A stretch of DNA of 64,000 bases, from the IMG/VR virus record IMGVR_UViG_3300012924_000001, positions 1-64,000 of that record; one strand, 5' to 3'. The stretch is from a virus. The position numbers were made by a program, and so were the translations under genes. Below are positions 8,872 through 16,788 of the stretch, in pieces (position 1 is the stretch's first letter; each line of letters opens with the position of its first letter). The notes under the pieces were generated by a model. The model had not been told where the DNA came from, searched no databases, and worked only from the letters and a program-made list of their open reading frames with translations.

Positions 8872-9540
8872 ATGTTAGGGCCTAGTAATATGAAACATAT
8901 GAGCGTATCACCGTTGGAGTTGTTACTATTGGACAAGGTTCTATTAAATGAAGATGGTCTTCCCAAAATATTACCCGCTGCAACGTATAACAATATTCCA
9001 CATGAACTGCTCCAAGCTTGGACTAATATACGAGGTATTTATCAGGTAATTACAAAAGAACAAGTAGAGTGGACAAAAATGAAAATTGCTGATAGGTCTG
9101 CAATTGAAATATGTGCTGGATATGGCACCCTGGGACGAGCATTGCAGATTCCTTTTACAGATGTTAAATTACAAGAGGATGAATCTATCGCTTCAATATA
9201 TAGAAAGCACAAAACGTTTACTATCAACTATCCAAAAGATGTAATTAAAATGGAGGCTATTGAGGCTATAAGGCATTATAGACCACAGGTAGTAATAGGT
9301 TGTTTTGTTACTCAATGGGGGTCACATGAAATGCCCCTTGCGCCGTCATCTCCCTATGGACCAAAAGAATGGGAATTTTTTGATGAAGGGGTAGAGACTT
9401 ATATAAACTTTGGCAACAAGGCACCTCATTTTAATAAACGCCTTTATGCAATGCCGCACGAAGAACTTTGGCTTCCGTGGTTGGTAACAAGGTGTAATTA
9501 TCCAAATTTAAATCGCGTATGGATCTTTAATAAAAAATAA
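8872..9540 (+). CDS. putative class I SAM-dependent methyltransferase-like protein
   Basis: Motif-I-like AIEICAGYGTLGRAL. Confidence 0.55.
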   Translation: MLGPSNMKHMSVSPLELLLLDKVLLNEDGLPKILPAATYNNIPHELLQAWTNIRGIYQVITKEQVEWTKMKIADRSAIEICAGYGTLGRALQIPFTDVKLQEDESIASIYRKHKTFTINYPKDVIKMEAIEAIRHYRPQVVIGCFVTQWGSHEMPLAPSSPYGPKEWEFFDEGVETYINFGNKAPHFNKRLYAMPHEELWLPWLVTRCNYPNLNRVWIFNKK

Positions 9541-9582
9541 AATGTTGTTTTTTATTTATAATAAAGTATTATATTGCACGTA

Positions 9583-9647
9583 TTATTAACAACCGGGGAA
9601 TAAGCATTTAAACAGGCCTCACCTAGAAATAGGTGAGGTTTTCTTTT
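9583..9647 (+). ncRNA. candidate sRNA H
   Basis: TATATTGC(9570); terminator CCTCACCTA-gaaa-TAGGTGAGG-TTTTCTTTT. Confidence 0.6.
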
Positions 9648-9681
9648 ATAGAAGATTTTGTTATATTGCAATAAACATCTA

Positions 9682-9987
9682 ATGCGCTCACCAATACCGG
9701 GATACGAGTCTTATACTATCACAGAAGAGGGCAAAGTATATAATAAGCATGGTCGTCAAGTTCATCCTTATGTACATGAATCCGGATATCTGCGCCTCCA
9801 ATTAAGAAAAGAGCATAAGACCAAGCCACTTTTTGTCCATAAGCTCGTTGCCCTTACCTTCATACCCGATCCAGGCGATCTGCCGAATTTGAGGCCAATA
9901 GACGGCAATAAACGTAATCTGCGTTATTCGAATTGGGAGCGGTATCAAAAGAATAAAATTAGTCTCTGTAGTGATATTGCTGAATAG
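9682..9987 (+). CDS. degenerate NUMOD4/HNH endonuclease-like protein
   Basis: IPGYESYTITEEGKV..GYLRLQL..VHKLVALTFI; catalytic HxDGNKxNN reads PIDGNKRNL. Confidence 0.75.
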   Translation: MRSPIPGYESYTITEEGKVYNKHGRQVHPYVHESGYLRLQLRKEHKTKPLFVHKLVALTFIPDPGDLPNLRPIDGNKRNLRYSNWERYQKNKISLCSDIAE

Positions 9988-10032
9988 TCAATTTTATTTT
10001 TTTGTTCTCTAAATAAATTTTACTTTAGATCA

Positions 10033-10102
10033 TTGCACCTAAAGGCTGCAATAAATATTGATTACAAAGAACGGCCCCGCTAAATCTTTAGTGGGGGATT
10101 TA
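10033..10102 (+). ncRNA. candidate sRNA I
   Basis: TTTG(10001)..TACTTTAG(10021); 5' hairpin plus CCCCGCTAAA/TTTAGTGGGG stem. Confidence 0.45.
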
Positions 10103-10168
10103 AAAAATTACACCTCCCAAGAAAAGGAGGTGTTTTGTGTAACGCCGTAAGACCTCATAGAAATCTTG
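10102..10168 (-). ncRNA. candidate sRNA J (minus strand, convergent with I)
   Basis: Minus-strand TACCTTGC (10174-10181); same 23-bp hairpin as sRNA E. Confidence 0.55.
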
Positions 10169-10210
10169 CATTTGCAAGGTAATATTTTCTAACAAATAAA
10201 AACATATAAA

Positions 10211-10435
10211 ATGAGCGACAAAATAATCGGTCCATTAGAGGTGACTCCGACTCCAGATGATGCCTTTAAAAAGTTAGAACTTTTGGATCGTAGCTTTATG
10301 ATAAGCAAGATATTTCACGATTTTGTTTTAGATCACCTTTTTACTTCAGAGGATGAGGAGATTTCCACATTAGCAAATAAAATTTCTGAAGACCTGGGCG
10401 AATTATATCAGCTTATTGGCGCAAAGGCTATGTAA
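10211..10435 (+). CDS. small acidic hypothetical protein
   Basis: ORF track; A-rich start context. Confidence 0.7.
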   Translation: MSDKIIGPLEVTPTPDDAFKKLELLDRSFMISKIFHDFVLDHLFTSEDEEISTLANKISEDLGELYQLIGAKAM

Positions 10436-10478
10436 AAAAGATTTTGTGGTTATTATTATATCCCATAACTTCGCTTTG

Positions 10479-10557
10479 TTGTTCTCTACCTCCGTAGATA
10501 ATTAACGAAACTGCGAAAATATTCCTCAGTCCTTTTTAGGTACTGAGGTTTTTTTTT
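10479..10557 (+). ncRNA. candidate sRNA K
   Basis: TTTG(10443)-N19-TAACTTCG(10466); terminator 10524-10557 with T9. Confidence 0.65.
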
Positions 10558-10591
10558 GAGAAAGCGAAAGACCAACCATAAGTTGCTCATG

Positions 10592-10692
10592 TGCAGCTCT
10601 CCAGACCCCGTAAGGTTTGGACTTTTTATTTTGGCACTCTATAAATACGTGGAATTTTTATCGCCCTGGCAGATTTCTGCTAGGGTTTTTCT
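10592..10692 (+). ncRNA. candidate sRNA L
   Basis: TTTG(10555)-N20-TAAGTTGC(10579); hairpins 10600-10621 and 10664-10685, each followed by a T run. Confidence 0.6.
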
Positions 10693-10740
10693 TTTGAGAT
10701 TCTGAGAAAGGAATGGATTTTTTACTTTATCTTACAGTTC

Positions 10741-10839
10741 TTCCAATTGTGGAACTTTGGGATAGTGCTCTTTATTGTCAGAGCTTTGGTCATAGTAACA
10801 GTAACATAAGACTGCGCTTATTCTTGGGCGCAGTTTTTT
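10741..10839 (+). ncRNA. candidate sRNA M
   Basis: TATCTTAC(10728); two small hairpins and terminator 10811-10839. Confidence 0.6.
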
Positions 10840-10876
10840 ATTTGGTAGAATCAAATAATTTTTTATATTTACGCTG

Positions 10877-10958
10877 AATTGGTTTAAATCCTTTTTATAG
10901 ATAGGGACTTTTCTATTATTATAGAATTGAATAACCTGGATTTTTATCCGGGTTTTTT
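10877..10958 (+). ncRNA. candidate sRNA N
   Basis: TTTG(10841)-N19-TATATTTA(10864); terminator 10933-10958. Confidence 0.65.
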
Positions 10959-11027
10959 ACTATATAATTTGTATAATAATAGTTGGAATCTTTTCCGTAT
11001 ATTCGACCCGTTATAATAATACTCAAA

Positions 11028-11432
11028 ATGACTATCTCAACTTCGGGCCTCCTGACATCTGTATGTCTTATTATAATTCTCATCTCCGTACTTGGGTCAC
11101 ACTTCTTTTTTAAGATAAGGATATTGAGACGTCAACTGGACAAGTACAAGAAAAAGATAATATTTGCCGATGAGAAGGATCTGAATGAGTATGTTAACTC
11201 AAAAGTTATCCATATCAAAAACGCTACGTATAATTTGGCTTTTGAGCAAGCTACGGCGGCAGTAAAGAGCTATCCAGCTGTAACAGATACAAATGCTCTT
11301 GCAAAAACTATTTGTTCTTTGTTAGAAAAAAAGTCTTTTTATACTGAAGAGCAAGCTAAACAATTAGCATTAATGGCTTTTACTTGGGATCGTGATTTTG
11401 AATCTTTTTGGGAAGGCAATGAGGAGATATAG
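11028..11432 (+). CDS. membrane-anchored hypothetical protein
   Basis: N-terminal TM helix; promoter TATATTCG at 10998. Confidence 0.65.
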   Translation: MTISTSGLLTSVCLIIILISVLGSHFFFKIRILRRQLDKYKKKIIFADEKDLNEYVNSKVIHIKNATYNLAFEQATAAVKSYPAVTDTNALAKTICSLLEKKSFYTEEQAKQLALMAFTWDRDFESFWEGNEEI

Positions 11433-11790
11433 TACAGCATTTGAGCGAGATTTTTGTTGGTACTTATCTAAGCGGCATGTCTTTACATTTGATGGCCGCT
11501 TGCCCAGGGATATACCATTTGATAGAAACGGTATGGATGGTAGGAAGGCCTTCTTTCTTTATGATAGTCATGGAAAGGTAATGCCAACCAGACATCCACT
11601 TCTTGTGGCTTCTTTAATGCGTACAAAGGGATCTGTTAATTTACACATAAAAATGTGGGCAGAAGATCGCGCTAATGGCATTTTACCAAGAGTGCTGTTT
11701 GATGATATCTGTGTACAGTTGAATCTACTTGATTGGATCATAGAGGCTGTAGAAAAACAAAAGGGAAGATATTATACAAAAGCGGATTGA
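11419..11790 (+). CDS. hypothetical protein
   Basis: ORF track 11392..11790; ATG start chosen. Confidence 0.65.
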   Translation: MRRYSTAFERDFCWYLSKRHVFTFDGRLPRDIPFDRNGMDGRKAFFLYDSHGKVMPTRHPLLVASLMRTKGSVNLHIKMWAEDRANGILPRVLFDDICVQLNLLDWIIEAVEKQKGRYYTKAD

Positions 11791-12308
11791 TGCCTATAGA
11801 ATATTATCACAAAATATCTCCTTTCCGTAAGGACGTTAATAACTATCTGGACGCGGTGCGGAAAGAAACAAAGAGGGTAGTATATTTAATGGATCGTGAT
11901 TCGCATGAATTAATTATAGAACCAGGGAGTAGTGACTTGATGAGATTGGTTCATGTAAATGGGTCCAAGTTGAGTATAAATGATAACCAGCAATACATAA
12001 AGCTCTTTACTTCCGGATTACCATTGTTAAAGGAGTTGTCTGCTCCGGGGTTAAAAGTGTTTATCTGGATACTCGCTAATCTGAAGCCCAAACAAGACCT
12101 GATAATACTTGTACCAAACAAAGTAGCCAAAGAGTTAGCGTATAAGATAACAAAGCCTATACATGATGGTGTTAAGGAGTTGATTAATCATCAAATTATT
12201 GCTCGGGCGTATACAGGAAATAGAAATAACCCAGCTTATTACATAAACCCTGCTGTGATATTTAACGGGAATAGGAGACATCTGTGGGATGATAAATATC
12301 ATAAATAG
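11790..12308 (+). CDS. RepL-like winged-helix protein
   Basis: YIKLF..LSAPGLKVF..GVKELI..IIAR..YYINPAVIFNG pattern. Confidence 0.65.
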   Translation: MPIEYYHKISPFRKDVNNYLDAVRKETKRVVYLMDRDSHELIIEPGSSDLMRLVHVNGSKLSINDNQQYIKLFTSGLPLLKELSAPGLKVFIWILANLKPKQDLIILVPNKVAKELAYKITKPIHDGVKELINHQIIARAYTGNRNNPAYYINPAVIFNGNRRHLWDDKYHK

Positions 12309-12314
12309 TTAAAC

Positions 12315-12620
12315 ATGACAAAGAGAATAGACAATTTATTGCGGGTGGTTGCTCCTGATCAACAACAAGAGATCGATGTTAAGCGGGATATTGCCAGAGC
12401 CATATGTTATGGCATGAAGGCAAAGGGTTTAACGCAGGCACAGCTGGCGGTAGCGTTAGATAAGTATGATTCAACCATATCCATTTGGCTGAGTGGAAAG
12501 CATAACTTCACTATCGAAACATTATTGGAGATAGAGAAGGCTCTTGATATAAAACTCCTTTCTTATAATGATGATCAGGATAGGCATAATTGGCTCAAGG
12601 TCGATCCGAGAGAAATATAA
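12315..12620 (+). CDS. XRE HTH protein (antitoxin-like)
   Basis: KGLTQAQLA..ISIWLSGKHNFTIETLLEIEKALD. Confidence 0.8.
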   Translation: MTKRIDNLLRVVAPDQQQEIDVKRDIARAICYGMKAKGLTQAQLAVALDKYDSTISIWLSGKHNFTIETLLEIEKALDIKLLSYNDDQDRHNWLKVDPREI

Positions 12621-12951
12621 GATCTATGCACTATTAAATAAGATCTTTAGAAGGTATCCGGATGCCGAATTAGTATCTGGAGGTGCGGAAGGGCCTGATT
12701 CCTTTGCATATGATTATTGTATCGATTATGGCCATGATATTATGGTATGTGGTGCTGGTTGGAAGGTACATGGCAAGAAGGCTGGATTCATAAGAAATAT
12801 GCGTATTGCTAAAAGAGCCGATATAATAATAGCATTTTGGGATGATACGTCCGGTGGTACCAAGCATTGTATGGATTATGCTAAAAATATGGGCAAAAAA
12901 GTATACAAGTATGATTTTAAAACTGATAAATTAATTTTATATGGAGCTTAA
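12568..12951 (+). CDS. SLOG-family protein (YspA/DUF2493-like)
   Basis: IIGSR..VSGGAEGPD..GKKAGFIRN..IAFWD..SGGT motifs. Confidence 0.8.
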   Translation: MMIRIGIIGSRSIREKYKIYALLNKIFRRYPDAELVSGGAEGPDSFAYDYCIDYGHDIMVCGAGWKVHGKKAGFIRNMRIAKRADIIIAFWDDTSGGTKHCMDYAKNMGKKVYKYDFKTDKLILYGA

Positions 12952-13249
12952 TACCGCACTTGATGTTATTAAGAAAGAGCTTTCCCAGAATCAGGCTTTC
13001 TTCACTGCTTACGAAAGTATGATATTTTACTGTGTATATCGTGAAATTAATAAGCATGGCACATATGAAGTATTTACAGCCAATGAACAAGTTTTAAAGG
13101 ACATAATTTTGGAGGGAGCGAGAAATTTTCTGAAAGAATGGGTCGGTCTGGATGAAAGACCAATGATCTCCAGCTTAGCTGCTCTCAATGAACTCAAGCA
13201 GTCCCAGGATGAACCCTTAAAAAAAGACCTAAAGAGTAAAAAGAAGTAA
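12941..13249 (+). CDS. hypothetical protein
   Basis: ORF track; overlapping packing. Confidence 0.65.
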   Translation: MELNTALDVIKKELSQNQAFFTAYESMIFYCVYREINKHGTYEVFTANEQVLKDIILEGARNFLKEWVGLDERPMISSLAALNELKQSQDEPLKKDLKSKKK

Positions 13250-13253
13250 CACA

Positions 13254-13285
13254 GATATGGACGCTATGTTAAAACATAGCTTATG
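13254..13285 (+). repeat. 32-bp hairpin element, copy 1, abutting start codon
   Basis: GATATGGACGCTATGTTAAAACATAGCTTATG; 31/32 identical to 14665-14696. Confidence 0.85.
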
Positions 13286-13627
13286 GAAAAAGTAAAGCGG
13301 CCTGACCTCAGAGATCTTAAACCAGAGGTCGTAGCATATATTGAATGGTTAGAGAAGATTGTTGATGGTTTTAATGATAACGGCGCTGTATATCTTGTAG
13401 CTGCTCTTAACAATCAGCTTCGGGTATTAGCTGATCAGGTCCAGGTAATAGATATTGATGTTACAAAAACGGAAGATAAAGTATTTGATCGTTTTGTACA
13501 ACTGGTAAAACTTGCCAGGGATATGACAAGTGATTTTAAGTTTATGCTGAACGAGTATGGAGAGGTAATGAAGGTGAGCGATAAAGATGTGATCCCTCTC
13601 ATTGAAAGATTGGCACGTAAAAAATAA
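13283..13627 (+). CDS. helical protein, possible terminase small subunit
   Basis: Size, position upstream of TerL, and upstream element shared with TerL. Confidence 0.45.
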   Translation: MEKVKRPDLRDLKPEVVAYIEWLEKIVDGFNDNGAVYLVAALNNQLRVLADQVQVIDIDVTKTEDKVFDRFVQLVKLARDMTSDFKFMLNEYGEVMKVSDKDVIPLIERLARKK

Positions 13628-13631
13628 TTGT

Positions 13632-14219
13632 ATGCCACGAGTAAAAGATTATGTTTTATCAGAAAGGCTAATAGATAAGGTGCCAATAGCCGAACTCAGA
13701 AAGGAATACAGAAAACTCATGGCTCGGTATAAGATATACAAAACAGAATTGGGCAATAAGAAAAAAAGTGTAAGTAAATTCAAGACAAAAAGCGCCGTAA
13801 GGCATTTGATATATAGACAAGGGAAGGCTGATGGGAAACAAGCCGTCAAGGAGCATGTAAGACAAACCAGAAGAGGTGAAATTAATAGGAGTAATGTAGT
13901 AGACTCTATTGCGCGTACTGCCATTCTTATTAATAAGCTAACAATAGCTACCCATATATCCTCACAACACGTTGCTATATTGTTATGGGCTGGGGAGTAT
14001 GACACTTTCTTTTTTGCTGAGTTAAAGGCTGCGATGGAACTGATAGGTGAAACATTGGTATATAGCAAGGTAGCATTCTTGCGTAGAAAGAATTATATCC
14101 ACACAGTCGCTAGGATGGATAATACGGGAATTTGGGCATTAACTCCACTTGGAAAGGAGTTATATTTAAGGATGATGGCGTATATTAAAAAACATATTCA
14201 AGAAGTAAAACCTGTTTAA
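13632..14219 (+). CDS. basic protein with C-terminal winged helix (MarR-like)
   Basis: LRRKNYI..IWALTPLGKELY wing pattern. Confidence 0.6.
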   Translation: MPRVKDYVLSERLIDKVPIAELRKEYRKLMARYKIYKTELGNKKKSVSKFKTKSAVRHLIYRQGKADGKQAVKEHVRQTRRGEINRSNVVDSIARTAILINKLTIATHISSQHVAILLWAGEYDTFFFAELKAAMELIGETLVYSKVAFLRRKNYIHTVARMDNTGIWALTPLGKELYLRMMAYIKKHIQEVKPV

Positions 14220-14659
14220 TGAAAGTGCCAAATCAATATCGTATAGGACAAGCCATTAAATTTGGAGAAACGACTAACGATCCCCGTATAAAAGCCGCCT
14301 CTATTTATAATAGTACCGATGATGAGGGGAATAATGGGGCATTTGTATTACCAAGGCAGGGGTCAAAAGTGGGATTCTATTTCTTTATTATTGCATCCTC
14401 TGGAATGGATTGGGAGCATGTGAGCGTTTCTATTATACCACAAATGCGCTGCCCTACCTGGGAAGAGATGTGTTATATCAAATCTTTTTTCTGGGAAGAT
14501 GAAGATGCGGTCATGCAATTACATCCTCCCAAAAGCGAATGGGTAAATAATCATCCATATTGCTTACATCTTTGGAGGCCAATTCTTAAAGAAATACCTC
14601 TTCCTCCTAAAGGAATGGTTGGGCTTCAAAGAATGAATACAAAGAAAAACCTTACATGA
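14219..14659 (+). CDS. conserved phage protein (DUF7694-like)
   Basis: WEHVSVS..RCPTWEEM..QLHPPKSEWVNNHPYCLHLW. Confidence 0.75.
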   Translation: MKVPNQYRIGQAIKFGETTNDPRIKAASIYNSTDDEGNNGAFVLPRQGSKVGFYFFIIASSGMDWEHVSVSIIPQMRCPTWEEMCYIKSFFWEDEDAVMQLHPPKSEWVNNHPYCLHLWRPILKEIPLPPKGMVGLQRMNTKKNLT

Positions 14660-14664
14660 TATAT

Positions 14665-14696
14665 GATATGGAAGCTATGTTAAAACATAGCTTATG
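14665..14696 (+). repeat. 32-bp hairpin element, copy 2, abutting TerL start
   Basis: GATATGGAAGCTATGTTAAAACATAGCTTATG. Confidence 0.85.
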
Positions 14697-16733
14697 CAAA
14701 CAGTGCATGTATATGGAGTAGATTACAATACTCCCGCCTATCCTAAAAGAGAAACTGTCTCTAATTGTAGAGAGGTTTTGGGAGACCAAAAATGGATACG
14801 TGCTCCTATTCCCGAATCATTTGATGAAATAGAATTTGATGAGGAAGGGAATGCTATTCTTTCTCTTGAGCAGGAAGATTTTGTTGTCTCAGAACTTGAA
14901 CGAATAAATCACGGATTTTTCTTCTTTAACCGTGGAGAGTTAACCTATATTACAGGCGTTCATTATTTTTACTTACAGTACTATACTCTTGAGGACGGTA
15001 ATGCCCCTGATTACCGCGATGCAGACCGCAAATGGTTTTACTTTCTCGAACATTGTTACAGTAAGCCTTATATAAAAGGGATCATCCGCATTAAGAAGCG
15101 TAGGGAAGGTGCCAGCTCTCAAGCTGCATGTTTTCTACTATGGATGGCGCTCACTAATCCACAAAGCAACTGTGGTATTATTTCTAAGACAAGAGATGAT
15201 GCCAAGGCTGTTTTCTCAGATATGGTGGTCCGTGCCTTTAATTCGCTCCCTGCTTTCCTGCAACCCCGCGTAGAAGACTCAGAAAGTAAAAGCCAGCTTG
15301 TATTTGCAAAGCCCAAAAATAAAAAGAGAAATGTAATAAAAACTAAAGGGCAGCTGTATAATAAAGATCGTGGTTTGCAATCCAGGATCGATTATAAAGC
15401 TACGGCGCTTAATAGTTATGACTCTGGCCGTGTAACGCTGCTCATGTGTGATGAGTCTGGCAAATGGGGTGTAGAGGTGCCTATTAATCAGTATTGGCCC
15501 ATTGTGCGTAAGTGTCTTACCCAAGGTGCAAAGCGTGTAGGCTTTGCACTATTGATATCAACAGTGAATGATGCGGAGAACGGAGGTAGTGCTTACAAAG
15601 AAATATGGGATGAGTCTAACCATTTTGAAAATAAGATAACAGCTACAGGGTTATATAGATATTTTACTCCGGCTTACGAAGGCTTTGCAGGCTTTATTGA
15701 TCCTTATGGTTTTTCTATTATAGATAAAGCCACCCCATCAATGCGCAATATGTTTTCTGAGCAGTATGGTGTAGAGTATGATGGGGCTGTAGACTATTTG
15801 ATGAAGGAGCGTAAAGCGATCAAAGATCCTGTAGCGCTTTCTGAGTTGGTGCGTATGATGCCGTTCAATGAGAGAGAGGCATTTATGATCAGTCAAACAA
15901 AGTGCCACTTTTCAGTAAACAAACTTAACGAACAGATTGAGTATTTAATAGAAAATCCTCCCTACCTACGGAGAGGAAAGTTTTATCAAAAGGAAGATGG
16001 AACTGTTGATTTCCTTGATATGGAGGATGGGCCGTGGCATGTTTATAAATTTCCTACTAATGAAGAGCGCAATAGGCGCTTTATGACGGACAAGGGATGG
16101 AGTCCCGCAAATACAGCAAAGTATTGCAATGGCATTGACCCCCATCGGCATAATTTTACAAAAACTCAAAGGAGCCTTTCAAAAACTTCCGCCTGGATAG
16201 GAGAGCGCTTTGATTCTAATGATCCGGAAAATACTGGTATGCCTGTAGCATGGTACTATGACCGTCCTGCATTAAAGGCACAAATGTATGATCAAATGCT
16301 GTTTGCTGGTATTTTTTGGGGGACGCGAATGCATTTTGAAACAGATGCTGGAGATGACTACTATACTTATATCAAAAGTAAAGGGCATCTTAATTATATT
16401 CGCTGGACGCCTACTTGCGCTATTGATCCTTTAAAACCAGGACGGCGTGTTCCTGGGACCAGCTCAAGAGATCCATTTGCACTTTCTAAGCAGCTGGAGC
16501 TAGGGATTGCCTTTATTGAACATCATTGTCATAAAGTATTCTTTATTGCCTTTTTGAGGGAAGCGCTCCTTTATGAGCACGATGACAGGCAGATATATGA
16601 TACCGTTGTATCCTTTCTTATTATGCTTATTGATATGATGGGGGATACCAAGGCCAAAGTGGCAGATGAAAAGAGGGAAGTCCCAATCATAAATATATAT
16701 AATTTATTGAATGCGAACCCTCGCACTAATTAA
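14694..16733 (+). CDS. terL: terminase large subunit
   Basis: KKRREGAS Walker-A variant, LLMCDESGKW Walker B, GIDP and YDTVVS nuclease motifs; upstream of portal. Confidence 0.9.
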   Translation: MQTVHVYGVDYNTPAYPKRETVSNCREVLGDQKWIRAPIPESFDEIEFDEEGNAILSLEQEDFVVSELERINHGFFFFNRGELTYITGVHYFYLQYYTLEDGNAPDYRDADRKWFYFLEHCYSKPYIKGIIRIKKRREGASSQAACFLLWMALTNPQSNCGIISKTRDDAKAVFSDMVVRAFNSLPAFLQPRVEDSESKSQLVFAKPKNKKRNVIKTKGQLYNKDRGLQSRIDYKATALNSYDSGRVTLLMCDESGKWGVEVPINQYWPIVRKCLTQGAKRVGFALLISTVNDAENGGSAYKEIWDESNHFENKITATGLYRYFTPAYEGFAGFIDPYGFSIIDKATPSMRNMFSEQYGVEYDGAVDYLMKERKAIKDPVALSELVRMMPFNEREAFMISQTKCHFSVNKLNEQIEYLIENPPYLRRGKFYQKEDGTVDFLDMEDGPWHVYKFPTNEERNRRFMTDKGWSPANTAKYCNGIDPHRHNFTKTQRSLSKTSAWIGERFDSNDPENTGMPVAWYYDRPALKAQMYDQMLFAGIFWGTRMHFETDAGDDYYTYIKSKGHLNYIRWTPTCAIDPLKPGRRVPGTSSRDPFALSKQLELGIAFIEHHCHKVFFIAFLREALLYEHDDRQIYDTVVSFLIMLIDMMGDTKAKVADEKREVPIINIYNLLNANPRTN

Positions 16734-16788
16734 TCTATAAAATTGGTATATTTGTTTTAACTAAATTTGTTACAACAAATATTAGGAG

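Noticed and set aside
10441-10960. CRISPR mini-array
   Set aside because: Hairpins differ in sequence and spacing; no conserved direct repeat and no cas genes
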